Source: Oikopleura dioica
Lineage: Eukaryota > Animalia > Chordata
NCBI GenBank assembly: GCA_907165135.1
Contig: OU015566.1
Span: forward strand, 12,772,001-12,836,000
Direction of reading: 5' to 3'
DNA: 64,000 nucleotides
Of this stretch, positions 25,201 through 37,479 are shown piece after piece (positions within the stretch are counted from its first letter, which is position 1; each line of letters starts with the position of its first letter). Under the pieces are notes generated by a model. The model searched no databases. It was given only the letters and a program-made list of their open reading frames with translations, and had not been told where the DNA came from. A program made the position numbers and the translations under genes.

Positions 25201-27856
25201 TAAATTTAAGGGGCTTGACGGCCCTTCGGGCCGTCTCAGCCCCGTTCCATGACTTTTAAATTTAAGGGGCTTGACGGCCCTTCGGGCCGTCTCAGCCCCG
25301 TTCCATGACTTTTAAATTTAAGGGGCTTGACGGCCCTTCGGGCCGTCTCAGCCCCGTTCCATGACTTTTAAATTTAAGGGGCTTGACGGCCCTTCGGGCC
25401 GTCTCAGCCCCGTTCCATGACTTTTAAATTTAAGGGGCTTGACGGCCCTTCGGGCCGTCTCAGCCCCGTTCCATGACTTTTAAATTTAAGGGGCTTGACG
25501 GCCCTTCGGGCCGTCTCAGCCCCGTTCCATGACTTTTAAATTTAAGGGGCTTGACGGCCCTTCGGGCCGTCTCAGCCCCGTTCCATGACTTTTAAATTTA
25601 AGGGGCTTGACGGCCCTTCGGGCCGTCTCAGCCCCGTTCCATGACTTTTAAATTTAAGGGGCTTGACGGCCCTTCGGGCCGTCTCAGCCCCGTTCCATGA
25701 CTTTTAAATTTAAGGGGCTTGACGGCCCTTCGGGCCGTCTCAGCCACGTTCCATGACTTTTAAATTTAAGGGGCTTGACGGCCCTTCGGGCCGTCTCAGC
25801 CCCGTTCCATGACTTTTAAATTTAAGGGCTTGACGGCCCTTCGGGCCGTCTCAGCCCCGTTCCATGACTTTTAAATTTAAGGGGCTTGACGGCCCTTCGG
25901 GCCGTCTCAGCCCCGTTCCATGACTTTTAAATTTAAGGGGCTTGACGGCCCTTCGGGCCGTCTCAGCCCCGTTCCATGACTTTTAAATTTAAGGGCTTGA
26001 CGGCCCTTCGGGCCGTCTCAGCCCCGTTCCATGACTTTTAAATTTAAGGGCTTGACGGCCCTTCGGGCCGTCTCAGCCCCGTTCCATGACTTTTAAATTT
26101 AAGGGCTTGACGGCCCTTCGGGCCGTCTCAGCCCCGTTCCATGACTTTTAAATTTAAGGGCTTGACGGCCCTTCGGGCCGTCTCAGCCCCGTTCCATGAC
26201 TTTTAAATTTAAGGGCTTGACGGCCCTTCGGGCCGTCTCAGCCCCGTTCCATGACTTTAAATTTAAGGGCTTGACGGCCCTTCGGGCCGTCTCAGCCCCG
26301 TTCCATGACTTTTAAATTTAAGGGGCTTGACGGCCCTTCGGGCCGTCTCAGCCCCGTTCCATGACTTTTAAATTTAAGGGGCTTGACAAAGGCTTTGAAC
26401 CCTGAGTTGATTCATATCAGTTTTGTCCCCAACCCCACCCACACCCATCATAATTTAAATTCAAGTTGTCCTGTTTTATGTGCAAATTATGGTTTTTACC
26501 TTTAATTATGAAAGTTTTATTTATTTTTGAAAAATTTTAAAATTTCAATAATTTTATGTTAAATCTTCCATTATTTTTAATATCAGTGGACATTTTATTA
26601 ATCTTTCTTTGAAAAGAAAGAATTTCTTTGAAAAGAAAGAAAAGATGATTACGCGGCGTCCACCCTAGCCGCGGAAGAATAATGCCTGAGGGCGAACGCG
26701 GCGCTGTGCGCTGCGCGCAGCGCAAAAATGGTCAAAAATAGACCTTCAAACGTCAATTACAGTATGTTAGTCAACTGTTTCCCATAATTTTTCAATTGAA
26801 TTTTGTTTTCCTTAATCGAAATTATATATTTATTAAAAAAATTTCTGGGAAGCATTTGACTAACATGGTTTTTTAACATTAATTTCCCCATATCTCTTCA
26901 ACCCTGAAATATTTTTTTCTCCATAATATGTTTTTTTAACCTTTAAACAGATTTATTTAACCGGTAGAAATTTGAAAACATTTAGATTTGTCTATCAAAA
27001 GATAGTTTTTTTGGGCGCGAACCCTAGTCATAGGGGAGGTTCTTGAACTCCTCGTTGCTGGCGACTTCTTCGAAATGCTGGGCACAGTAGGTTGATGAAA
27101 TGTTGAGGAGCTCTGAGCAGTGGTGGGTGTCCGCAAAGGCGCGGATTCCGAGGCAGTTGGATGGATCGAGCTGTTTTGAGAGAAATTCGCAGCAGTAGTG
27201 TTGAATTTCGGTCATCTACGGAAAGATAAATTTCTGCCGGAAATCATCCCTTTTTGTACCTGAAGAAGACACGCAGCAGGAAGAAGTTGTTGAACATTTC
27301 GTTCTTCGATTGTTATTTGCGCTGTGTAGCAGTAATCGATCAGTAGTTCCATCGCTTCCGCAGAGATTTCATGAAGCTGGATCTCTTGCATCGTCGTTTC
27401 TACCATTTCAGACGCGAACATTGCATCGAAGTAGGGACAAGACCCAGCGAGGACATTCTTGTGGCACTTGAAGGTCTTTTCTTCGACTGAGAGAAAATTG
27501 GAGTAACTTCTTATGTGGCGAATACAGACCTTTGATAGAAACGTCACAGAGCATTTCATTCTTGCGAAGCCTGTTCATTGAAAGAAGTACTTTTTCTGCA
27601 TGCTTGTCCGAATGAAAATTTACGGATTGTCGGCTTGAGTTGCCAGCTGAGGAGCAGTGAATCAAATCGGAATTCGTACGTACGGATAAGGGCAAAGCCG
27701 AGGGAGTTGTTGGCTGATTTTGGGTTCAATTTATTAAATATGATTGGCAATTTTTTGTCGAATTTCAACCCCTTTCTGTCCGATAAACGACCTAACCGGG
27801 GGATCGGGTTTGAGATCATGGGCCAGACGATCGCCTGAGCCCTCTGGCGAACTCAT
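22285..27856 (-). CDS. KLHL20: Kelch-like protein 20 (diablo), BTB-BACK-6xKelch; BACK-domain exon interrupted by a hAT-like insertion at 24158-27026
   Basis: [73 protein letters not shown] and [10 protein letters not shown] match KLHL20. Confidence 0.92.
24158..27026. mobile_element. Non-autonomous hAT-like DNA transposon, 2869 bp, 19-bp TIR, 8-bp TSD
   Basis: TIR TAGGGTTCGCGCCCAAAAA at 24158-24176 and its reverse complement ending at 27026. TSD GTCATAGG at 24150-24157 and 27027-27034. No transposase ORF. Confidence 0.92.
24852..26387. repeat. Tandem minisatellite, 55-56-bp unit, about 27.5 copies, each unit palindromic
   Basis: Unit CCGTTCCATGACTTTTAAATTTAAGG(G)GCTTGACGGCCCTTCGGGCCGTCTCAGCC, nearly invariant. 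Contains GACGGCCC-TTC-GGGCCGTC. Confidence 0.98.
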
Positions 27857-28033
27857 CCTGAAAGAAAATCCTTTGAAACTAAATTTATCCATATCAAGTC
27901 AATAAAAATTCCTGCAAGAAGAAATAAACAACAATTCGTCAATAGAACATTTTTATTATTATGCAATAAAGACGAGTTTTGGCAGCCTCTTTCCGCAGTA
28001 TACAAAAAGTGACTCTTTGCTCTGACGAAGCAT

Positions 28034-28641
<608 letters not shown>

Positions 28642-28688
28642 TTATTAAAAAGGTTTTCCCCTTGCCACAAATCAGTGTTGTGTTTAAT

Positions 28689-29693
28689 TTAGGCAATGGT
28701 AGAAGCGTTGGAGGAAATACGGGGCCAGAGGTCAGCGCATTCCTTCGCGACGGGACCGGTGACGGCCGAGCCCTTCATTTCTCCCTTGTTGTTGACGATG
28801 ACACCGGCGTTGTCCTCGAAGTAGAGGAAGGTACCGTCTCGTCTTCGGAAGGCCTTCGACTGTCGGACAACAACGGCGGGGTGCACCTTAAGACTTACGT
28901 GTTAAAATCGACGATAAGACTGAATTTCGCTTCGTTAACTCTCTGGGCGTTTGAATTCAACAAAAAATGCTTAAACAAAATTCACGGAGCTCCTAATGAC
29001 AACTTCAAATTTGAATCCGTCTCAGCAAGAGGGCTTCGAGAGGTGTTATTGGTCGAAAGCGCGTTACATCAATCGGCGAGGAAAATTCGAGAAAAGGAAG
29101 GCGCTAGGGTCGGCACAGATCACCAAATCCCCACGTAGGGTAGGCGGGGCCTTTTGAAAATGGGCGGTTTTAGCGTTGGATCGGTGCCGACCCTAGCTCA
29201 GAATTGATTGGAACAATATTGTTGAATTCAAACACCTCAAGAGTGGCAAACGAAGGGCTTTCTGCTCAGCCGATAGGAGACGAGAATAGGGCGATATAGT
29301 TTCTTGTTTCAAGCTTATAGAAGTATAAAATTGAATGTCATCTCAGCACAATTATTGAGAGCGCAATCGTTTTTTTCCCTTATTATCTTCACCTATTGGC
29401 TGAGCGAAAGACACGCGATTGTCTTACCTTCTTTCGGAGTTCTGGCTTTCCTTTCTTGACGGAGGCCATGACGAGATCTCCGGAACCGGCGGCAGGGAGA
29501 CGGTTCAATCGACCTTTGATGCCCTAGAATTGCTTGAGAAACGGAAGGGAAAGTCTGGACTTACGGCGACGGCGATGACGTAGAGGGACTTGGCGCCAGT
29601 GTTGTCAGCGCAGTTCATAACGGCAGCCACAGGGAGAGCAAGGGAGATGTGGAACTTTCCACCTCCTTTGCCACCACGTCCTCGCTTAGACAT
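28689..29693 (-). CDS. RPL23: 60S ribosomal protein L23 (uL14)
   Basis: [35 protein letters not shown]...[10 protein letters not shown]...KPELRKK|VHPAVVVRQ...[35 protein letters not shown]. Confidence 0.97.
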
Positions 29694-30594
29694 TTTTTAT
29701 GAAAATCCGATTCTGAACTTGTTTCGTTATTAGATTGGGAAAAAGCCAAAATAGAAATCGGCAGGAAGGCAGAAAAGAAGGACATTTGATTAGACAAAAG
29801 GGGAGAAGATGGATTTTGAATGGAAAATGGGAAATTTTTGAATATCTCTCAAGACGTCTGTGGCTGACCTTGCGGGAGAATGAAAATCGAAATTCGAAAG
29901 CCTATTTTTAAAATTCAATCGCTATCCGAATTCCTAATTCTACATTCCTACGCAAAATCGCCAAAATGAAATTTTATTATTTTTTCCAAAATATAAATTA
30001 TGGAAAAAGCGAAAGTGAGGGTCAGCCACGTGCGGTTGAGCGTTTTTGAAGGAGAATCTCGCGCGTGGGCGGCGATTTTTGAGCGGGGGTCGAAAAATCA
30101 TGATTTGAGCGGAAAACCTAATGAACGAGTGATGATCAAAATAACCCCAAGGCGAAGAAAAAGAGTAAAATTACGTAATGAAAAGAAATTTCTTCAATTT
30201 ATCAATTATCAACAACAAAATGATTAAATTTAAAAGGATTAAGATCAGTAAGATAAAAGTTAAAACCGACGTCTACCTAAAAATTTAAAATAAGAGCCCA
30301 TTCATTCCCATGAAAAAACACTATTCAATAGGAGATTGTGAGAAAAATTATAGTAATTTGAGGGAGGCATTTTTTAATAAAATTTCAATAGAGCTTCGTC
30401 CTATTTGATAGATTGTTTCGTAACTTTTTTTTCTAAATAAATTATTCTATTTCCCTTGGTTCAAATAGTGCTAAAACCTCGTTGAACTTCTCTTGAGCGC
30501 TTTGAAACAATTTTTAATCATTTGGAAGATCTTCATCTGACTGTAGCTCTCTTTAAAATTCGGGGTCAATTTTGGAATCTCTCTCTGTTCTCAT

Positions 30595-30915
30595 AGGTCC
30601 GGCGCGTGACACGGAGCGCGCGCGTCCAATCGCCCCGCCGTATTTCGAATTATCCTCCAATCAGCGCTACGATCACAAACCAGCGGAATCGAAATTTTTG
30701 CGTTCAGTTTAACTCCATCTATCGGCGAAATTAGCGGACTTCGGGACATTTCTCTGCAGAAGCGAGGGGCGAAAAAGAATTTTGTCCAATGGAGCGTATT
30801 TTCAGCCACATTAGTGGCGCCCTATTGGTCGAGAGCGCGCAGAAATGAGTGGGTGGCGAGATAAATGAGTAAACGACGCCAAATTCATCGAAAAACGCAG
30901 CACGAACACGCGAAA
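30595..30915. promoter_or_regulatory. GC-rich segment with several CCAAT boxes; candidate promoter region upstream of the RPL23-led gene run
   Basis: CCAATCGCC, CCAATCAGC, CCAATGGAG and ATTGG within about 250 bp of a CpG-rich island in AT-rich flanks. The function is inferred only. Confidence 0.3.
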
Positions 30916-32662
30916 TTCGGAATTCCGCTCCTTTCTACGATCTGCGATGATCTTATTAAAATACTTTTTACCTATTTTAATAATTATTTGTTAACCAAGG
31001 ATTGGTCGAAAATTTAATTAAACTTAAAATATAACTATTCATAAACTAATTCGGTATTAGTAATATCCTAGCGTTTTGTCAAATCTAAGATTTTTGACTT
31101 CAAGTCTAACTAGACTGCACTTGCAGTCGAAGGTGCCAAAAATAAGGGTAGGGCAAGTTATTCGCATTCGATAGAGTCCCTATTCTATTAATTCATCGAA
31201 AGCTGATTACATAACCCTCGTCCTATTCTGGCTTTGCAATTGCTTTACTGCAGAAGATTGGGACCTCTTCGTTACGTTGGTTTCTTTTCAAATTTGTCGA
31301 TTTTGGAAGGATTGAGGTAGCGCCTGAAAACTGCCATATTTTTGGTAGTAATCAAATAAAAAATATTGCCGAATTTTCAGACCCTAACTCAAAGCAACTT
31401 GGAAGATCTCTGCTTTTCATAAACCTCCGTCGGTAACTAGTAACACAAGATGTATGATTAGCGCCATGTTGCTCTCTCAAACGTAACGTCTCCTCATCCT
31501 GTATGGATTTTGAAACACGTAGGTTACAAATTGTAACTTACAATCAAAGACTAGAAAAGGTTCCCTCTGTCTGGATTCCAGACTCTGGAAAAGAAGTCTC
31601 TCGATGACTTGCTTTTGATGTGATCTGTAGTCTCGGAGTAACGAATTTATATCTGCCCCTTTGATTGATCCTTTATGTTCTCAATTCGAACCGATAAATG
31701 ATTATTCTGGTACGATAATCTGTAAATTCTTGAAAGACAGTCCTGAGCTATCCAGGTACTTCAAGAGGAAAATGAAAAAATTGAACCTCTTCTTGCCGAT
31801 TATTTGTGATGGTGGTATGCTTTCCTGTATCTTTCAATCTGGTGCAGAAAACATGAATATGGGTCGGGAAACCTGTGCAAAAACCTGAATCAGGGTACCT
31901 GCAAAAAAGGGAGAGCCAAGAAATCAAAGAATTCGTCATAAATTTTGATTATTTTTCGGACAAAATTGCATAAAAGTATTTTATTTGAATACAGAATATA
32001 TAAATAATATTGAAAAAGAATTGTTTTAGATACAAGAAAAGCAAGAAAGAAACTTTGAACTGAAGAAATGGTCGGTTTGAGAGGCGGTAAGAGAAGTCTT
32101 TCTTGATTTCGCTAAAGTGGTTTGTGAGTAGGTTTATTCGTTATTAGTTTGGTTAGGTTTTTGAATAAATTGGTTGTAAATAATTGAAATTCGTGATTGG
32201 CATTTTGGGTTGGCATCTGTTTAGGACCATGTGATCAAAGAAACAGCTCTTTAAATTCAATAAATTGATATGTAATGAAATGAACTGATTAAAAAGTAAA
32301 TAAATAAAAGTAAAAAATCACACCTGGGAATTGAGATGAGCTTCACGCTTCTTTTCTTTTTTTGAAGAAGGCGATAGAACTAATTTTACGTTTAAAAATC
32401 AGGATTTATAGTTAACCAAGATTTCACTTTTTCACCGGATGGTTATATAAAAAAACGAGTTTTTAGAATTTTTAGCAAGGGGTTTCTTGAAAGCTTATTG
32501 ATAAGGCTCTGGGCTCGGCAATCTGTGTAGAAAACCTGGCCTAGATAAGGGTGGGAAGGCAGCTTCAATGCGAAAATCTTTAAATGATAAGTCGAGACGA
32601 GTCTTTTAAGATATTAGTGGATAATGTTAAATTCACAAGGCTAGTTTTAGGTTAAAAAAATC

Positions 32663-33842
32663 TCATGCTTTGGTAGTCCGAGCGTGCGTCGGTAAAGTTT
32701 TCTTATCAGTTTTAAACGCCACGTAGCTATAGAGCAGGGAACCGAGGATGGAAATGTTGATCCCGACGAAGTTGAGCATCGAGAACACATAGTCAGGAAA
32801 GTAGAGCATGCCATAGTACGCGATGCTGATGTTTTTCAGGCAGCCGACGACGGTTGTGGTCAAAGAAGTATTGAACTTTCGAACTGTCACAAGATGCCGC
32901 AAAAAAGGGTATCAAACTTTGGCTGGCTGACAATTTCCTGAGTACAAAGCACCACGGCAAAATTCAGCACCAAACCCATCATACAGCTCATCACAAATTG
33001 AAGACAGAACATTGGATTAGACCAGCCGTCGAATTCTAGCGCCTTATCGATGTGTCTCAAAAACGATTCAAATTTCTACTCTTCCATGATTTCAAGTAGA
33101 CACAAGGCAGATTAATATTGAACCGTTGCCCAATTTGATGGCATAAAAGGGCCACCAAGGGAAAACCAAAAAGCGCGTTATAGAACAACAAGCCATATTT
33201 CCCGAGATCCTTTTTGTTCAAAAACATTTTTGTATAAACGCCATTTGCAGCGGTGGTCAAGTTGTTGCCGAAAATGAAGGCGTACGAGAGAAGGTCGAAG
33301 GCAAGGTCATTGGCGGCGGCTATTAGCGCTCCGAAGATCATGATGAAGACGGAAAGGACGACGAATCGATTAGGCTTTGTTTTCAACATGTAGAATTCGA
33401 GAATCATCGTCATTAGGATGCTACGAACGCTTGAAAAGGGCTGGGAAAGATGGGACGTACCTGAATCTTCTTAGAACAGTAAACATGGGAATTGAAAGAG
33501 CTTGAGTCGCGTTCAGTCCAAGAAGACTATTTGCCAATGTAAAAAGCGGCAAAGGAAAGACCCGCCGGGGCAAGTCCCTGGAAAGACGAGGGAAGGAAAT
33601 GAACCCAAAAAGCTTGGCGATGAAAAGCACAACGATTGTGCATGCCATCTGACCGAGGGAAAGGATGTTGGCAGAGGGGAACTTGTAGCTCGTCAGAACG
33701 GATTTGTTCACAGTGGTGATAAGAACAGAGGCGAGCGCTGAAGAAGTAACATGAGTAAAAGTTCTTCAGCAGAAAAATTACCATAGAAGACTGCTGAGCC
33801 AATTTTAGCAGCTGAAGAAACAGCATCATTTTCTGTCTTCAT
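32663..33842 (-). CDS. Nucleotide-sugar transporter, SLC35D family (fringe connection-like)
   Basis: AVFYALASVLITTVNKSVLTSYKFPS..LSLGQM, LSIPMFTVLRRF, DLGKYGLLFYNALF, NTSLTTTVVGCLKNI...F..LNFVGINISILGSLLYSY. Confidence 0.92.
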
Positions 33843-34776
33843 TTTTTATATATTGAATAACTTGAGTAAGTAAACTAAAGCTAAAGCTTCGATTTCGATT
33901 CTCTGTTGAATTTTTTTTCACAAGTATTGCGTTGCCATTTTTTTAATATTCTAAAGAAGAGTGTTTATTCAAGAGATGGGAATTGGAAGAATTGGATTTA
34001 TTTTTTATAATATTTGTTCACGAAAGAATGGAACCTTTGTTCCGGGCAGTAGATCGACGAGAAATAATAACAGGGTAATATTTTTATGCATCTGTGTAAA
34101 AGAAATAAAAAAAATATAGAAAATTTAATAATGAAGAAGTTAGAGTCAGAGTAATTTTCCGTCAACATTTTTTCGGCAAAAGATGAGACGACTTCAAGAG
34201 CAGATTTTTATATAACGATAATACAAAAACAAAGCTCAAGCTATTCATCATCCCTATTCAAGAGCCCAGTATGATAAGTCAAGGATATTGAGGAGGAATT
34301 TTGGTGTGTCGATTGGCACGCTTCGCATTTTAACGACAGTGAATGGTAGGTCAATTGAAAAAAAATAGAATGAACTAAAGGAAGAATAATAGAATAAATG
34401 TATAGGAGAACTATAAAGAGCAAAATTATTTTTCAAAGAATTTAGCACTATTTTAGCGCTAGAATAGATAATAGGCAAATGAACCTGAAATAGGCTTGAA
34501 ACGTAAAAGTTGAAAGTTGAGAAGCTTTTTAAGGAGATTTCATAGCATAAAGAAATAATTGAATATTGAGATTAGATAAAACATTGTCTAAAAAAGGTCA
34601 CTTGGAAAACATGTGAAGCTCGGAGTATTTACAAGGTCAAGCGGGGGAGATACAGTATTACAGTAAGTAAAGAACAATCATCAATGCCGGAAGAGAGGTT
34701 GAGATCGTTCAAATGTCCCATCATTATGCATCGTTACATTTTCTAGAGACGATTTTTGAGCTTGAGAAGGAATGCT

Positions 34777-37479
34777 TCATTGTGTACCTGGAATAGTCAT
34801 ATTTGGATCGCATGGGTTAGATCTGGGCGGATTCAAGGGCTGGTTATTAAGGTAGTTGAAAATCGGCTCATTCGGTTGCAGCCGCGGTTGCTGTCGCTGT
34901 TGAATCATCAAAGGATCAGGGTGTGGCGTTGAGGTTGACGGGCCGTTTGAATGGCTTAGCATTGAGTGGCTTCCTTGAGCAGTCAGACCGTTTGGAGTGT
35001 TGGAGCCAACAATCGAGTGCTCAGGCATGGGAAGGCCGCCGGAAGAGCCACCGGATGAGGATTGACGGCTCAGCGAATACATGGGTGCTTGACCATCCGC
35101 CTATAAGAAAAGGTATTTATCTTGTTTTCATACTGTCAACTTACGTTACAGCCAAACTGTGCTTGAATCTCTTGAACTCTCTTGAGCACACATCCTGCAG
35201 TGAGACGAGCCTCGGCGTCGCAATCCCAACAATCTCTAATTGTCTCACAGAGATTCTTGAATTTGTCGTCCTCACTCCACGGGGGATCGTCGTATGCGTC
35301 GTCCTTCTTCTTGAATTTTGGGCGAAGGTTGTTGTCAACGATGTTATTTTGGAGGTCCTCAAGGGTGGGCTTTTCCTTGGTGAAAAAATGATTCGTTAAA
35401 TAGATGCGTTTTTCGTCATGAATTCACCGTTCCTGAGTGCCAAGCTCATTTTCATACGGCAACGAGTAGTGAGCAGGTCCACGTGGCAAGTCCTTGCATC
35501 GGGAAAGACATTCCCACATGACCAAAGCAAAAGCATACATGTCAATGCGCAAAAAGGCATCACGGTGAAAGGAAATTGCACGCTCGAGAATCTCTGGCGC
35601 CATGTATCTCCGCGTTCCAACTAAAATAAGGAGGTAAAATGGCTGTTTTAGCCGATAAAATACCAGATGGGTGGGCATCTCCAAGGTTTTCACCAAGTTT
35701 GAATTGAATGGCAAGGCCAAAATCGCTTAGGACCGCCGTCAAATCGTTCTTGAGCAAGACATTCTTTGATTTGAGATCTCGATGAGCAACAGACGGCTTT
35801 CCCTCAGACAGTTGAGTGAAGGTAGGTGTCATATCTTCGTGTAGAAACCGCAGACCATCCGCCATAGTGGCGATCACATTCAATAATTGAGAGAATGTCT
35901 ATAAGCAAATTGATTAATTCTGACTCTAGTCAATCCTTGGTCAGAAAAGAGGGTCAGCCGAGAACTTACCAAGGTGTGTTTGTGCAAAAAGTCACTGAGC
36001 GATCCGACTTCGTGGTATTCTGTGACGATCCAGTACTCCTTCTGAACGTCGTATCGCTCTTGAGCACCGAGGAAGGTGAGAATGTTGGGCTTGTGAATGT
36101 CCATAAGTGGCTTGAGCATCATGTAGATACTTCGCTCATTGTCATAAGAGTTTTTATCCTATAAATTTTCGCCAGAAAGTCAAAAGAAAGATCCTACCTG
36201 AAGGCACTTTACAGCATATTTACGATTGTCGCTACTTAGCCCCGTCCAAACAGTTCCATATTTTCCTTCTGCGAATTTTTCATGGAGCTGAATGTCACTC
36301 ACCCACGCATCCTGGTGATCAACATCCTATAATCAACGATCGGAAGCTGCAAAACTAATGTTCACTTACGATGGTGTAGTCCTGGTGTAAATCAACGCGC
36401 GAGTCGTTCCCGTTCTGTGTTGGGAGTATTGGAATCTGCTCGTTGTGCGTTCCATTCATCCCGTTGTTAGACGGAGTTTTTCGGCGTACGTAGAACTTGT
36501 AAACAAAAGCGAAAACGACGACGACTCCACAGAGGATGGGGACCGTGATGGAGATAAGTTTGTACAGGTTGAATGTAGCCGCTTCCTTAATTTTCTGTTA
36601 AAGCTAAATTTGAACGGAGCTTTACCGGTTCTTCAGGCTCGAATTCTTTCCAGGAGTGATTGATGTTCATATGATGGTTGCAGTTGTCACTTCTACACCT
36701 ACAGCCGATATAAATCGTTTCGTTTTCTTCCTTAGGCACTTCAGATTCCACATCGCAGGTTTCATTGATTATCTCCATCGTCGAATGCGGGGCGTGAAAA
36801 CAAATGGCATAGCTAAACAGGGTCGGTTTAAATCATCATAAAGCGGTAAAGCAATCACCTGATGTAGTAGTTTTCACTATTGTCGCAGCTCTTTGTCTCG
36901 TGATTGGGGCCCTTGCACTCCGCTCTCGTGTGGCAGCGGTAGGCTAGCGGGTTGTCGTCCTTGATTTTACTGTCCATGCCGCAGGGATAGTGCGATACTG
37001 CGCACCACAGTTGATCCTCGCCAAAAGGTGTTGTCTTCTGCACAACTTGAGGAGATATCTTTCTGTTGGATTTGAAAGAGCACGGGGAGAAATAAAGCTG
37101 GTCTCCATTCTTAATTCTTGATAAGAGCAAGAATATGGGGTTCCCTTACGTTTCCAGCATGATTTGCATATGTTGCTTTATAAATGCTTCCGGAAGAAAT
37201 GTCAAGAATCTGTTGAATTTTAGGGTCATTGAAGTCAATCCCATTTTCGAGAAGATCTTGCTTGTCAACAGGAGACGATCCATTTCCATAGTAGTAGTAA
37301 TAGTTGTCGATTAGATTAACGAGGTCTTTGAAAATGATTCCCGACAGGTGCTTGTTGCTTGGTTCGTCTAGGTCGACCAGGGTTTCAGCCGTGCCGAGGA
37401 GGAATTGGCCGGTTGATTCATTTTTAGGGAGAGGAAATGGACTCACTCTTTGGTCATAAAAACACTTTTTTGGGCTCGT
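34777..37479 (-). CDS. ACVR2: Activin type II receptor-like Ser/Thr kinase (5' signal-peptide exon not located)
   Basis: Cys box [31 protein letters not shown], kinase [26 protein letters not shown] and [28 protein letters not shown]. Confidence 0.88.

Noticed and set aside
24852-26387. CRISPR array (palindromic repeats)
   Set aside because: Units are contiguous and identical with no unique spacers, there are no cas genes, and the context is a eukaryotic transposon interior.
24852-26387. Helitron 3' hairpin tandem
   Set aside because: The hairpin is suggestive, but there is no CTRR end or A/T insertion site, and the enclosing element has clear TIRs and an 8-bp TSD.
28662-29138. 158-aa plus-strand ORF
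   Set aside because: Antisense to the RPL23 last exon and intron.
31200-31940. Possible small spliced minus-strand gene
   Set aside because: Exon-like pieces could not be joined into one open frame, and no family was recognised.
33960-34680. Possible small plus-strand gene divergent from SLC35D (AIHHPYSRAQYDKSRILRRNF...)
   Set aside because: One protein-like segment with a GT donor, but start and flanking exons are ambiguous; not enough support.
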